Source of the DNA: Amoebophrya sp. A120
Taxonomy: Eukaryota; Protista; Dinoflagellata
Direction of reading: 5' to 3'
Length of the DNA: 64,000 bases
NCBI GenBank assembly: GCA_905178155.1
Contig: CAJINV010000004.1
Coordinates: forward strand, 9,462,625 to 9,526,624
The notes under the pieces: generated by a model
Databases searched by the model: none
Seen by the model: only the letters and a program-made list of their open reading frames with translations
Told to the model about the DNA's origin: nothing
Translations under genes and position numbers: made by a program
Shown here: one piece after another, positions 1 to 12,226 of the stretch
Layout of the letters: every line of letters begins with the position of its first letter
Numbering within the stretch: position 1 is the first letter of the stretch

Positions 1-357
1 GGGAAAGCGGGAAGCACGGGAAAAACGGGAAGCACGAGAAAGGCGGGAGGCACGGGGAAGGCGGGGAGAACGGGGAAAGCGGGAAACGCGGGGAAGGCGG
101 GAAGCATAGGGAAAGCGGGAAGCACGAGAAAGGCGAGAGGCACGGGGAAGGCGGGAAGAACGGGGAAGGCGGGAAACACGGGGAAGGCGGGAAGCATAGG
201 GAAACGAAAGCGGGAAGCACGGGGAAAGCGGGAAGCACGGGAAAAACGGGAAGCACGGGAAAGGCGGGGGGCACGGAGAAGGCGGGAAGAACGGGGAAAG
301 CGGGAAACACGGGGAAAGCGGGAAGCATGGGGATCCGGGAAACACGGGGATAACGGG
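1..357. repeat. Purine-rich satellite of ~10-bp GGGAA(A/G)GC / GGGAAGCAC units
   Basis: Directly visible tandem degenerate units; almost no T on the + strand; runs off the left edge. Confidence 0.9.
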
Positions 358-1262
358 ATGGAAACACTGGCGGGGGGCGCAAAGAAAGCAGGGGGCACGG
401 GTAACGCCGCCGGCGGCCAAGCCCCAGGCGAGCAGCTGCCCACCACCCTCCCCCGGTGCCCTCCCTCTGTTCGCGAAGGGAAAGCCGCGCCCCGGCACCA
501 GGTCTTCAGGCGGGCAGCTGCCCACCACCCTCCCCCGGCGCCCTCCCTCTGCTCACCTCACGAGGAGACCGGCAGAGGGCGCCACCGTCCGCCGCCTCTG
601 TCTTGGGCGGTGCGCGCGAGGGAAGCAGGCGGGGGCGGAACAGATTACTGCATGCGAGCTAACGCGGGGGGCGCCGCTGTTGTCCGGGGGTGCTGGGGGA
701 GGGTGGTGGGCCCCTGCGCCAGGGGGGCAATGAATGCCCCGCCCCGGCGCCCGTGCTGCCTCCATCCACGCGCGCGGCAGGGGCCCCCGCTCGGCAAGGC
801 TGCGCGCGGGGGAAGGGCGCGGGGGGCACCAAGGCGCGCAGGGGCAACCGGGGCACAAAGGCAGGCGGCACGAACGGGCCACGCCGCAAACGCGCGCGCG
901 GGCATGGCGTCACGCGCCAACGCCTCGCATGGCGCAGACTGTTCCCCCGCTTCCTTCCCTCGTCCACTGGCGCCCGCCCGCTGCCGCGCTTTGCGTTGTT
1001 GCTTGGGCCTAAGGCTTGCCGCCACGCAAATGCGCGCCCCATGCGGGTGGGGTCCTCGCGCTCGCGCAGAGACTGGAACCACGGGCGCCATGGCGCTCCG
1101 CCTTCGTTCTGTCAGCAAGAAGCGGCGCAGATGCCTGGCCCCACCCTGCATCAAAAATTTTTTCCCTTGCCCACCCTCTGGCGTTTTTCCCCCCCTGTCC
1201 ACTCGTTCACCCTCCCACTACGCGACATAAGCTGCGGCCTTGTAGGTCAAAAGCGAACAGCT
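358..1262. repeat. Very GC-rich, probably non-coding tract nested in an introner
   Basis: Overlapping Arg/Gly/Ala/Pro ORFs in all frames with no recognisable domain; abuts the broken introner half at ~1270. Confidence 0.45.
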
Positions 1263-1269
1263 AATGGTC

Positions 1270-1363
1270 AGTAATCATGCAACACAGATTTTTATCACAT
1301 GGTTGAGATTTAGCATGACAAGTTGCTTTGTTCCAGACCACCCAGACATTTTTGCTTTTGATA
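1270..1363. mobile_element. Family A introner, right half only
   Basis: Ends ...ttccagaccacccagacatttttgcttttgata; reverse complement of 5966-6055; left TIR not in the window. Confidence 0.8.
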
Positions 1364-1364
1364 C

Positions 1365-4300
1365 ATCGAGGCACGCGACCAAGAAGCGGAAACGAGGCCG
1401 CCCACCAGTGCCCGAGGAAGGCCGGAATGGCCTTATCTCTTCTACAACACAAGTGAGGTGGACGAGGGACCGATTCACCTAGAAATGTACGACGTACTGG
1501 ACGAGGTCATGCTCATGCACGACATGAAGCGCAGGAATTTGACGAACGCGAACCCGGAGATACTAGAGGCAGTTTTCGGGCCAGAGGCAGATGTTGTGGA
1601 CGAGGAGCATCTGCATCAGGTGCAGGCAGATGTTGTGGACGAGGGGGGCCATCTGCATCAGGATCGGCCACAACATCCTCGTCGCACGGCGTATGCTGGG
1701 ATTCTCAAACGTTACATTCCAAGCTGTTGCATGATTTGTCATGCAAAATGAGCTTCAACATCCACGAGGTGAAGCTAGAGCTACTTCGCACGTTGACAAA
1801 TTTTGGAAAGGCTAAACAGCATCTAGATTTGTGCGGAATTGGTAATGCAACAGGTCGTGCAACCTCCCTGCCTGCTTTGATTTTAGCCATTCCGGTGGTG
1901 ATAAGTTGAAAATGAAACACAATTCGCCAGCTATTTACAAGCAGGAACATAGATAGCACGTTTAAACAGTTACTCGCTCGCCTAAAGAAGCGAGCACCCG
2001 ATTGATTTTAGCCATTCTTGCATTACAAATACATGTAACAGTTGAGAGCGCAACGCTTAAGAACGCCATACGGCAGGAGCTGCATCGTCCGGTAATGATA
2101 AATCGGAAAGTGAAGCGCACGAACTAAAAAATGTGGCCGATGAACGAAGTGAAGTAGGGCAAGATCACGATACAAGCAAAACCGCCACGACCAAGAACGC
2201 CAGCGACAGAGAAGATATGGCTCTACTCACGTCGAGTACTTCTACACGACAATCAGCTACTGAAAATGAAAAAGAAGAACCTACTAGTGAAGCTGGAGAG
2301 AACGACGTGAAGAGGACCTCCGAGGAAAAGAACGATAGCCAGAACAAGGGAGGAACCTCGGGAGATGGAGGTGTTATGCCTTGGACGGTCGTTAGTATAC
2401 AGAAGGGTGAATTTGCAGTGAATTTGTATTGCATGACTTGCATTTACTTGAAAAGAGAAGTGCGCTGCGTAAAGGGCTGGACACGAGCCCAAGCAGCTCA
2501 CGCAGCGTGAAGGGCTGCTCGGTGCCAGGTGGCACTTGCAGCACCGAAAGAAGTAGTGGTAGGTCTTGCTGGGGCCCGCCGGACTGTGTAGCGCATATGT
2601 AACCAAAGAGGGGGGGTCGTGGGGCTCTTGTTCATCTGCGCGCCTGCCTCAGACCTTCCTCTCCGGAATGGTCGAAAGGGAGGGCGACGCCTGAACACAG
2701 GGGCACTAGTTCAACGCGTGCGCTCTCATGAGTTGTGGTTGTGGCTTGGAATTGGATATCTGGGAGTAGCCCCGGCGCCCTTTTCAAAATTCACCCCAAA
2801 ATTCACCGGGCGCCCATTTTCGACCGTGATAAGCAAACTTTAGCGCAGAAAAGTGCTCAAAAAAGTGCACAGATAGGCCATGAGAAGGAACGCAAAGGGG
2901 GAAAAAGCGGAGTCCTCTGTTGCCCTAAGCCCGTCTGTATTCTGCTGAAAATGCCACAAGATTTCACGCGCCTGCCGGGAAAATGCGTCAAAGCTCTCGG
3001 CCGGGTCCTTTCGTCCTTGCCTGCCTTCTTGCTTAGTTGTATGCGCTTCGCGGCCTTTATTTCTGGCGTCTTTGCCGCGGCTGCTGCAGTGCTCTTCTGC
3101 GAGAACGGGGAGGCGCAAAAATCTGCCCAAAGAACGGCGCCCGGGCCATGTCCTCTGGCTGCCCACTGCGCAAAAGCCCGCGGCTGCTGCGCGGTGCAGG
3201 GCCTTCTACTTCCCAGAACAGGGCCAAGAGGGACAATGTCCCGGCGGGCTCATCGGCAATTTGGCATGCAAAATTCACTACAAATTCACCACTTCTCATG
3301 CTGACGGGTGTTAAAGCTCATGAACGATAGCCAGAACAACGATAGCCAGAACAACGGAGGACCCTCGGGAGATGGAGGTGGAGGTTCCTCGCCGTGGTCG
3401 TGGTCGCTCCCGTCCTGGGGGACTGTGGCGCAGGCCGGGGCGAGCGCAGTGAAGGGGGTCCAGGGTGCGGCGCAAAACGTGTTCGACGGCGCCAAGCGGG
3501 GCGCGGAAGCACTCCGACGGGGCGCGGAAGCAGTCCGGCAGCGCGCCGAACGGGGGTGGGACTCGGTGCGAGCCGTTTTCCATTGGGGTGGGCGCGCCGA
3601 CCTCGGGCATGACATCATGCTCGGCCGCCTTGCCAGCCCGGAAGAGGCGAACTTTTTGGACGAGATCAGCAGGTATCAACTGGTCCACCCTGGGTTTCAG
3701 ATACCGGACGACCACCTTTTCGCCCTCTTCCACAACCTCGCACCCCGTCGGCTGCCAGTGGAGGAAAGGCAGAAGCTAGGGAAAGCGGCAGGTCTACGTG
3801 GACGTTATAGTCTCGATTTCGGCGATGGGAGAGGTGTGTGCTCGGATCCGCGCCGCCGCGGCGTTTATTCTTCGGTGTGCGAGAACATGCCCCTTTTGCG
3901 CACTTCTGTCCTTGCCGAAACGCAACCGCAGCGTGGTCTCGAGGACCACGTCGGCAGCGAAGATGCTGCCGTTCTAGCCGTTCCGCCGAGCAGCGATGGC
4001 GAAGATGGGTGGGGAGCAGACGAACACCGCGATGTGTACCGCGTGCCGCTATCTCCTTCCGAGCGTGATTACATCAACACGGAACTAAAGGAAACGCCGG
4101 AGTGGCGAGACATTTTGCCAGAGGACGGCATTCGCTTTGGGGATAACCCGTTGAACCGCGACCACGACGTGCACCCGAAAATCGGAAAGGCAAATGAGGA
4201 CTATATCAGCCACGACCCCACGACGGGCGCGACGCAGCCGGTGCGCCCCATCCCGCGCGCACACTGGCCAGAGGGGTTCGCAGACATGTCCGGCACTTAC

Positions 4301-6576
4301 TTCGCCGGCAACCCTGGCACCATCCGCCCCAGCGTTCCGCAGATAGAGGCCAGCCTCGAGGCTAGCGACCGCGCGGGCTCTGCGTTGCACAAGCAAGAGA
4401 GTGTGTTGCACAAAGACGTGAACTTCATCGAATGGCACGGGGCTCCGGAAGTTTTTTCTCAGCTGACTACTTTTCACGCGACAGCGAGGCTTAATGAAGA
4501 ACACGCGGCGGCAGAACTCCGCTACGCACGTTTTCGGCAGCTGGTCACAGGGTTGCTGGCGGGCCACACGACCCTGTCCGAGAACGACCAGAGCTTTCTC
4601 CTCGAGTTCATCAAGCCATCTGACCAGACCCCCCCTACGGAGGTTGGGAAAAATGACGAGGGGGCCGAAGAGGAAAGAACGCTCTACCAAGTACTAGAAG
4701 ACCGCGAGGCGCAGACCGCAGCCACGGGCTTTCACCAGCTCCACCAGCACGAAAGCGCAAACAGGGCCTCCGAAGGAGATGATGGTGGAGCAGGCCCCAC
4801 CATGGTCACGACCAGGGAGAGCAGTGCCGGCAAGCTGGACGACCTCGTGGAAGATGATCGAGAGCAGACAGAGGACACGAACCCTCGCCCCCGCGCAGGA
4901 CGCAGCGCGCCAGTAACAACTGCGTCGCGAAGTAGTAGGGCAGCAGGGCCGGAGGACGGTTGGAAGGACCTCCGCAGAACGCTGGGTGGAGGAGAGGCGG
5001 CTAATTGGTCTCTGCGTAAAAAAGTCCTCGAGGATGCGGCGTCGCACTGGGACGTTTCGTTTGTCAAGCTTTCCGCAAGCAACCTCTCTGAGGCGTCCGC
5101 GCCCGAATTGTTTGACTTCGTCGCCCATCCGGCGCAGGAAGATCGCGAACAAAACAGTGGAGGAAATAACACCAGGCAAAAAACACTGCCAGCGCTAGCG
5201 GCACTGCCGTCTAACTATGGGGGGCAGGAAGCTGGGCGTGCTGTCGGTGACCTGGTGCAGGATGGCCACTCGCAGCTACTTTTTGAGGCCTCGCTTCTTC
5301 AGTGGCTAGACATCAGCACCAACATCATGGAGCGTTTTTTGGTTAAGAATGACCCACGGACGATTATTCCGGCCCCGCTTCCGGCGCTTGGATGGGAAAA
5401 TTTTACGCGCGGCGGCCATCGCCGTGGCCGCCCCGGGCTCGATGCTCCCGGCAGTGGAAGGCACAGCGGGGTCGTGTCTGCGCTGAATATTACGGACGAG
5501 TTGGAAATCAAGCCGGCTCGCCACGGGTTTTACTTTGATGGCTGGCCGGTCATGGCTGAAGAGCATTTCCAATTTATCCTGGGTAAAAACGTCGCCACCC
5601 CATAGTCAAGTTGGTAAATCTGCTAGACAAATCTCCAAGTTTTGGGAGTCGTGCATGACAAGTTTACATCTGTAGTGTAGTGCTGTTTAGCAAGGACAGC
5701 CGCATCACAAAGACGCCTGCTCATCCTGTTTACAGCATTACAAATCCCAAAACACGACTACAGATTCCTCTCTTGCGGATGTGCATTACAGATTTTTCTG
5801 TGGATGCAAGTCTGCATGACAACTATGGGACAATGGGGGGGCAAAGTGTAGTGTCGCATTTTGTTTAGCATGACAACTACGGGATGGGGACGTTTTTAAA
5901 TAGGATACAACTCGTGGAATGGCTTGGGCGAAGTGGTACACAAATCCAGGACAGCCACTGGCCCGTATCAAATGTAAAAGTGTCTGGGCCTGGAAGAATG
6001 CAACTTGTCATGCTAAATCTGAAGCATGCAAAAATCTGTGTTGCATGATTACCAAAAGTCGCCCAGTTTTGGCCAAGTCGGGAGGGAGTTTCTCACAGAA
6101 TCTGTCATGCTAGGTCCTGCATTCCAGGCTTCGTGGGTCATGGAAAAGCTGCATGACAAATCGCGCATTCTTCCAGACCCAGACACTTTTACATTTGATA
6201 GCCCAGCCTTCAAAACTACACGAAAGCCTCTCAGCAGATTCTGAAGGAGGTCCTGGCCCGACTCGTGAACCGCGCCCGAAGCTTGGCGGCTGTGGGGCTG
6301 GTTCAACAGGAGGACGCGGGGGACCCAGGTCAACGAGAGGAACCTAGCGCGAGGAGCCCAAGCACCTTTACGCCCCAGAAGATTCCAGCCAAGGCCCCGC
6401 TCCTATTCGCTCAGGAGATCCAGATGTGGCACAGAATGCGCAAATTACTTCGCACTAAACGTGAGAACGCGAGATGGCAGCAGAAGCAGCAGCGGAACTT
6501 TTCACGCGATTACGCCGACTGGAATGATCACAGAACGGGTTTGGAGTTCGCGGACTGGTTTACTTCTGATGAATGA
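1365..6576 (+). CDS. Large hypothetical protein, 5' end upstream of the window; exons ~1365-1691, 2076-2390, 3317-5574, 5913-5965, 6206-6576
   Basis: ORFs 1458, 2133, 3308 and 6265 join in frame after removing introners 1692, 5575 and 5966. The 2391-3316 GT-AG join is less certain. No domain recognised. Confidence 0.65.
1692..2070. mobile_element. Family B introner carrying a nested 109-bp insertion
   Basis: TIR tatg..ttctcaaacgttac / gcaacgcttaagaacgccata; TSD cggcg/cggca; colinear with 26183-26421. Confidence 0.85.
2396..3300. mobile_element. Degenerate TIR element forming a ~0.9-kb intron
   Basis: tatacagaagggtgaatttgcagtgaattt pairs with aaattcactacaaattcaccacttctc; right end and TSD not clean. 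Confidence 0.5.
5575..5907. mobile_element. Family D introner (333 bp)
   Basis: TIR tatcct..taaaaacgtc / gacgtttttaaataggata; TSD caatt/caact; homologous to 51658. Confidence 0.85.
5966..6200. mobile_element. Family A introner (235 bp)
   Basis: TIR tatcaaatgtaaaagtgtctggg.ctggaag; TSD gcccg/gccca; frame restored. Confidence 0.9.
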
Positions 6577-7348
6577 GGAAAGATAGGTAAAAATGAGACT
6601 AAATTGATAGGATCTAGAAAACAGTGAGCGAAGTATTTTCATTTCGTGTATTGCCGCCTAGCCCTAGGCCTAGCTTGAAAACATCCTCGCGTAAAGATCA
6701 TGTCCATGATACAGGAGCAAAAAACGTTTTTTCCAATCTGAAGAAGGAGAAGTAGAAAAGTTGTGATGAAATGGATCGCACTCACACTGAGGGTCTTGAA
6801 CATTTGACACTTCGGCCAGCATGAAGAAAGGCAGAAAGAATATAGAAATAGTGCGTGCTCCCGAATAAGGCCGATGACTGCAGTTGAAGAATCCGAATAG
6901 GAGGTGCATCTGCGGGGGCGCACTAGAGATCATACCAAAGTCAGCCGCAAAAGACAAGTATTGATATTGATCTGAGATCAGCAACAAGAAAGAAACACAT
7001 GATCAGCAACAGAACACATGATCACGCTGGGATCTACCCGTTGATGTGGGTCAATAAATTGATCATCACTCGCAACAAGCCTCGGCAAATCATTTTATTA
7101 TATCGTTGAGTTTTTTTTTCGTTGGACAGGCGACAGCCCGGTGAGCGCAGATAGAGGACCACGGTGTTTCCTTGACCACGCTACGTATAACTTACAAATG
7201 AAGAAACATGTCCAATGGACAGCACCAAAATGGTAACGTAACGAACTACAGAAAAAGAAAAACTTCGTTGAACTTGAACAAAACTAATAATAAAGTAATT
7301 TCGAGGTAGTGGTTTTGGAGTTGTAGACCGCTCTACAAAATCTTCACT

Positions 7349-10300
7349 ATGTCTTACCAAGGACCACCCGGTGCCAGCAGTAGCCACGACAAGCCAGCTT
7401 TGCGGGCACCATCTACATCCTCAGCAAGCGCTATTAAAAACAAGCCCGCGGCCCCACTCCTTCCAAAGCGGACATTACCGAAAATGAGGCCGCAAAGCAG
7501 ACCGACCAGCAGTTCCGGTGGTCTGCCACCACAGCCTGCACATCAACGAGCTCCCGAAAGTACGGCGGGCGATACGGACCACACGCCACGCTCGCACAAG
7601 GAAAAGAAAATCAAAGCTGCGGGGAAGGGGTCAAGACCAGGGACGCCGGTTTCATCGAGAAGTCCCCCGCGCGCAGTTACCTTTGCAGAAGTGGTTCAAG
7701 TTGTGTCGGAAAAAAATAAAAACTATCCCCCGGTTGCGGCGAATAAAAATGGCGCTTCTTCTATAATGGGGGGTTCATCTCCTGTAGAAGCTTTTGCTAC
7801 AACTAATCCAACAAGAAGCTCAAGAACTACATTGAACGCGCAAGAGCCGTCTACTTCATTGAATCAAAATCGAATTATATCGGCAGAAAATAACTCCTCT
7901 TTGTCGTCCACTGTAGCTGCCAACCTTGCGAAGATGAACAACAAGACAAAGGAACAAGAAAAATCCACCCTCTTGACCCACAGCAGCACAGCCCTTGCCC
8001 CGGTGGTAAAAGTGGCGGATTTTGTCGGGGAGCGATGGCAAGAGATAGAGTCGTTGCTCAAGGATCCAGACGCACCTGTACCGGAGCCGTTGAAGCAGCG
8101 CTTGCGGAGGCGAGCGAGAAGTCACAAGCCTTTCACAATTTTGTCTCGGCAAGCGACGAACCGGGACGCGGGGTTCAGGCCCAGGATTACTAATGCCGCG
8201 ATCAGGGACAGGGTGTTGAGGTCGTTGTTGTTGTTGACGCAGCAGCAGATGCAGCAAGCGCAACCTGGTGTGCGGCCAACATTGCCAATGATCCACGACC
8301 ACGACCCAAATGGCGAGAATTATGAAGCGAAAATAATAAAGTCGGAAGGATCTTCAGATGACCTGGAAGATGTTGATCTCGCGAACTTTCGCTTTTCCAC
8401 CTTGGACCGTATCAACAAGAAGAAACATAAAGTCCTTCCACCACGAGAACAATCAGAAGAGGTGTTGGTGGACCTCCGAACGAAAGAGCCAGAAAATGTT
8501 GAAAAATCCCCAAACGAAGTACTAAAGCCCTTCAAGCTTCTCCGGTGCCACAAGCGCCGCGACGCCGTTTTCTCCCACACACTACAACTGTCAAGAACAT
8601 CAAATCCGGAAAATAAAACTAAATGGCTCGGTCTCGCCACCCATGTATGGCACGCGAAACGATTCCACATGGAAACCGTCTGGGGCTGGCGGCTACCGAA
8701 AAATTCCTGCGAGATTGGCGCCCGCGCTGTTTGGCGCAAATGCAAAAAGCAGGGCTTGGTCCTGCACGACAGGTCTTACGCGAGAGTTTTGAAACTTTCT
8801 GCGGCGTATCAAATGTAAAAATGTCTGGGTCTGGAAGATTGCCAGGCTTGTCATGCACGTTTTGCATGACTCCTGATGTCTGTGATGCATGCCCTAGCAT
8901 GACAGATTTTCATTTTGTGAGGGCTTCCGGATGCCTATACCGCATGACAAATGCTGATCTTTCCGTGTAGCAAAGCTTGGACTCTCACTCTCTTTGCTGC
9001 TCATGCAATACAGATTTTTTTAGAATCTAAAATCAGCATGACTAGTTGAATTCTTCCAGACCCAGACATTTTTACAGTTGATACGGCGGCGAAAAAACCA
9101 ATTGTGGACTTGATGCGGGACGCTTTCGGAATTCAGATGAAACACCTAATGGCGAAAAGATATGCACATAAAACTTGTTTTGCTGCAAGAGCAGCCGCGA
9201 CTTCTAAGGACAGCACTGAGGACATCAAAAATTTGAAAACTACAAGAAGTGGTGCCTCTAGTTCCTCTGCCAACATCTTGAAGCGGCCGAAAGCGGGAGT
9301 AGACGCAAAAAAGTCCACGAAGAAGAAGAAATTGAACAAAGAAACGGAAGGGAACTGGCGAGGCCTCGTGGATCTGAGGCGCGGCCGGATGCAGGCACAT
9401 CAAGAACTACTCTCAGTAGGAGCCGACGAGGAGGGTGGACGAGGCTTTTTACATGAAAGCGACAAGGTGGACATGGACCAGAACCAGCTAATCATGAAGG
9501 ACGTGCCGTTCGTTTGGTTTTCTTCTGACGTCGGAAAGAACAATTCATCAACCGAGCAGGAGACCGCAAGAACCTCCTGCCACGACACTTCGTTCGCAAA
9601 AGTGTTCGGGACGACACGGAACAACTCTTCCTCGAGGACGAGGGAGCCACCTCCACAAGGGGAAGATGCTGTTGTTGAACACGCTCTTTTTCTTTGGATT
9701 CACCCAGCGGCGATGTTCGAAGTCCAACAGATGCTTCAGAACGCAGTTGCATCACGACCTGGTGCTGCACCGAAGAAAACAGCTAGTACAGCAGCAGGAT
9801 CTACTGCAATAATAGAGAACCCACCTGCAGCTGGTGGTCGTGCTGCTCCTGGTCATTCTCCTGCTCGACGACGAGAACAAGAACTACATCAAGTCTCAGT
9901 GACCATTTGCGACCATCTGCACACCTTTGAGTTCTTCGGAAATATGGTGAAGAAAGCGATTTTTCCACCGAAATTCTCGAGGACACCTGCTGACGTAGGA
10001 GAGCTAGTCGCGGCGAATCTACCGTACCGGAGGTTCGACCAGGGGGGAGCTGAAGTGATTGACCAACTGCCGGTGGTCATTGTTGATACCAGCTCTAGAG
10101 CCGTGTCTTCAGTGACAACTTCTACGAGAAGTAAGACTATGACCCCCGCCCCTAGTGTTGAGGACCACGACAGCGCGGCAGTAGATGATGAATTTGCTAA
10201 TATTATATCAAAGCGAGAAGTTGTTGTCAACAACCGTTCATCCCTCCCCTCCTGCCAGCTGATCTTTTTCGAGCCGGACCCGGCGAAGGTGCGGCAATTC

Positions 10301-11673
10301 TTCCTTTACTTCAAAATGGAGTGCCTGGCGGAGGTGATTGGGTTCGAGGACCGACACAGGCTGAGAACAGCCTACCTCCAGCCGGAGTTTCCGTTTGATT
10401 TTCCAGAGACAAGAGCTGGCACCGCGTGGCTGCAGAAGAGAGAAAAGGAAAAAGTGGTGGAGTTTATCAAAAAGCCGAAATCGAAACGGGTGAACTACGC
10501 CAAATTCAAGGTCCACTCCCCCTTCTACGGGTTTTGGCCGGATTACGACTTCGAAGTAGATGCGGTCGTGCAGCCGGGAAGTGGTGAAGCTGCTGCTCCT
10601 GCTGGACACAATTGTAGCAATTGTTACATTCCGCTAGAGCGAGACGTGGACTTTCTTCGCCACTACAACAACCACCGAGGAGATGCAGCTGCGAGAAAGG
10701 TGGCATCAAGCGCGAAAGGGAACAATAGAGACGGCGAGGACCAGGTACAACTGTGTCAACAAACTCTGCCAGAAATCGCCAACCTTCGCACAGTCGTGCA
10801 GAGAGACGGAATTCGCTATCTTCCCGGTAGCTGCAAAAACTTTCCGGCAGAAAAGATCCGCGATGTGGTTGCCTGTCGCGTTATCCCAGTGTCGACCGGA
10901 GTGCCCGAACCCTGCACCCATCTTTATGTGATGACGAAAAATGCCGGAGCCGCGCCGGGATTGGACTCTGGAGCAACTGCTGATCAAGCGGCAGGAGCTC
11001 AGGTGCCGATGGACGTCGAGGAGAACGAAAATTATAACGACAGCGCAAGAGGTCCAGCGGCAGTCTCTCATTTTACAAACGGCACAATAAGACGTCGAGG
11101 TAGCGACCAACATCACAAAAACTTCCGCCTCTGCGGCTTCGTTCTTTCCGGTGGTTATTCACATGCCTTTATCAAAAGGAAAAATCCCCCCTCCCCATAT
11201 CAAAACGAGGTCTCTGATGCAGGATTTGCGTACACAAATAAGATTTGTCTTGCTGGAGAGGAATGCAGCCCCATACTAAGCCGAAGTAGAGAGGTTCTGG
11301 CCTAGGCGTCTAGCATGAGAAACGTCCGTGCTGTAGGCCCATCAGCATCACAAACCGCCGGCACAATGCTGCGGAGCTTGTGGAGTTGCCTTCTTGCAAG
11401 ACAGACGTGATCTGAGGTCTCAAATCAGCAACACAAATTTCCGGAAACATACCTTTTCGATATGGGGAGGGGGGATTTTTCCTCCTAATAGCCTTCGGAC
11501 GGGCGATCGGGTTGGGCTTCGTCGAGACAGAGGCTTACTCGGGCTACCTGTCATCTAACCAAGTCGACACTTTCTTGTACATGCGAAATACTACGTCGAA
11601 CTGTTACCACAGGGTTTACGTATCAGCTGATACAGATTTGGGACAGAGAACCAGTAGGAAGGATGTTGGGTAG
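7349..11673 (+). CDS. POP1: RNase P/MRP subunit POP1; exons 7349-8806, 9089-11169, 11496-11673 (~1238 aa)
   Basis: POP1 motif THVWHAKRFHM..WGWRLP and LHDRSY; POPLD-like FPFDFPET.AG..KPKSKRVNY..SPF; C-terminal GFVLSGGYSHAFGRAIGLG appears only after introner removal. Confidence 0.9.
8807..9083. mobile_element. Family A introner (277 bp)
   Basis: Family A TIRs; perfect TSD cggcg; joins KLSAA|AKKPIVDLM. Confidence 0.92.
11170..11490. mobile_element. Family C introner (321 bp)
   Basis: TIR ..ggaaaaatcccccctccccatatc; perfect TSD gcctt. Confidence 0.92.
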
Positions 11674-12226
11674 TAGTTGTACTTCGTGGAACAAGTGGCA
11701 CAAGTTCAAAATAATTATCGATCTTACTACAAGACGTTTCAACTACTTCAAGCAAAGCGACATTTGAATGATTTATTTTCTATCAACGAGCAGGACAACC
11801 AAGAACGCTAACGCTTGTACAATGCTAATCGAAAATTCCTGCGACGCATCGGATTTCGAACTCCAGCCTGTGTACGTTTTTGGCAAGAGCATGCTCAATC
11901 TCCGTTTTTTCGTTGTCGTGCTTCTATCTCCTCTTTTAGTACTATATTTCTTTTTCGTTGTGGAACGAAAACGAGGCACGAGACGAGACACTGCTCAGTC
12001 GAAGAACCCAAACAGAGTGACGCAAATCAAAGTTGCTGTTGGTGTTGCCGACAGATGAGGTGACGACGGAGATGAGAGTTTTCTTTCGTCACTTGTAGAT
12101 TTGGATTTGGTCTCGTCCTGGTCCTGGTCCTCGTCCACCTCGCGTTAAACATCATAGCTAAAACGAGTCAGTGTTTTTTGAAGTTGTTGTTCTTTCTGCC
12201 AATTGTTTCGTTCTGAAAATAAAATC

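Noticed and set aside
1-357. Telomere repeat
   Set aside because: Units are irregular and lack a TTTAGGG/TTAGGG-type motif; the tract appears to lie inside an intron.
358-1274. Long ORFs in the GC-rich tract (also 36275-37595)
   Set aside because: Stop-codon scarcity from high GC; all frames open; no domain.
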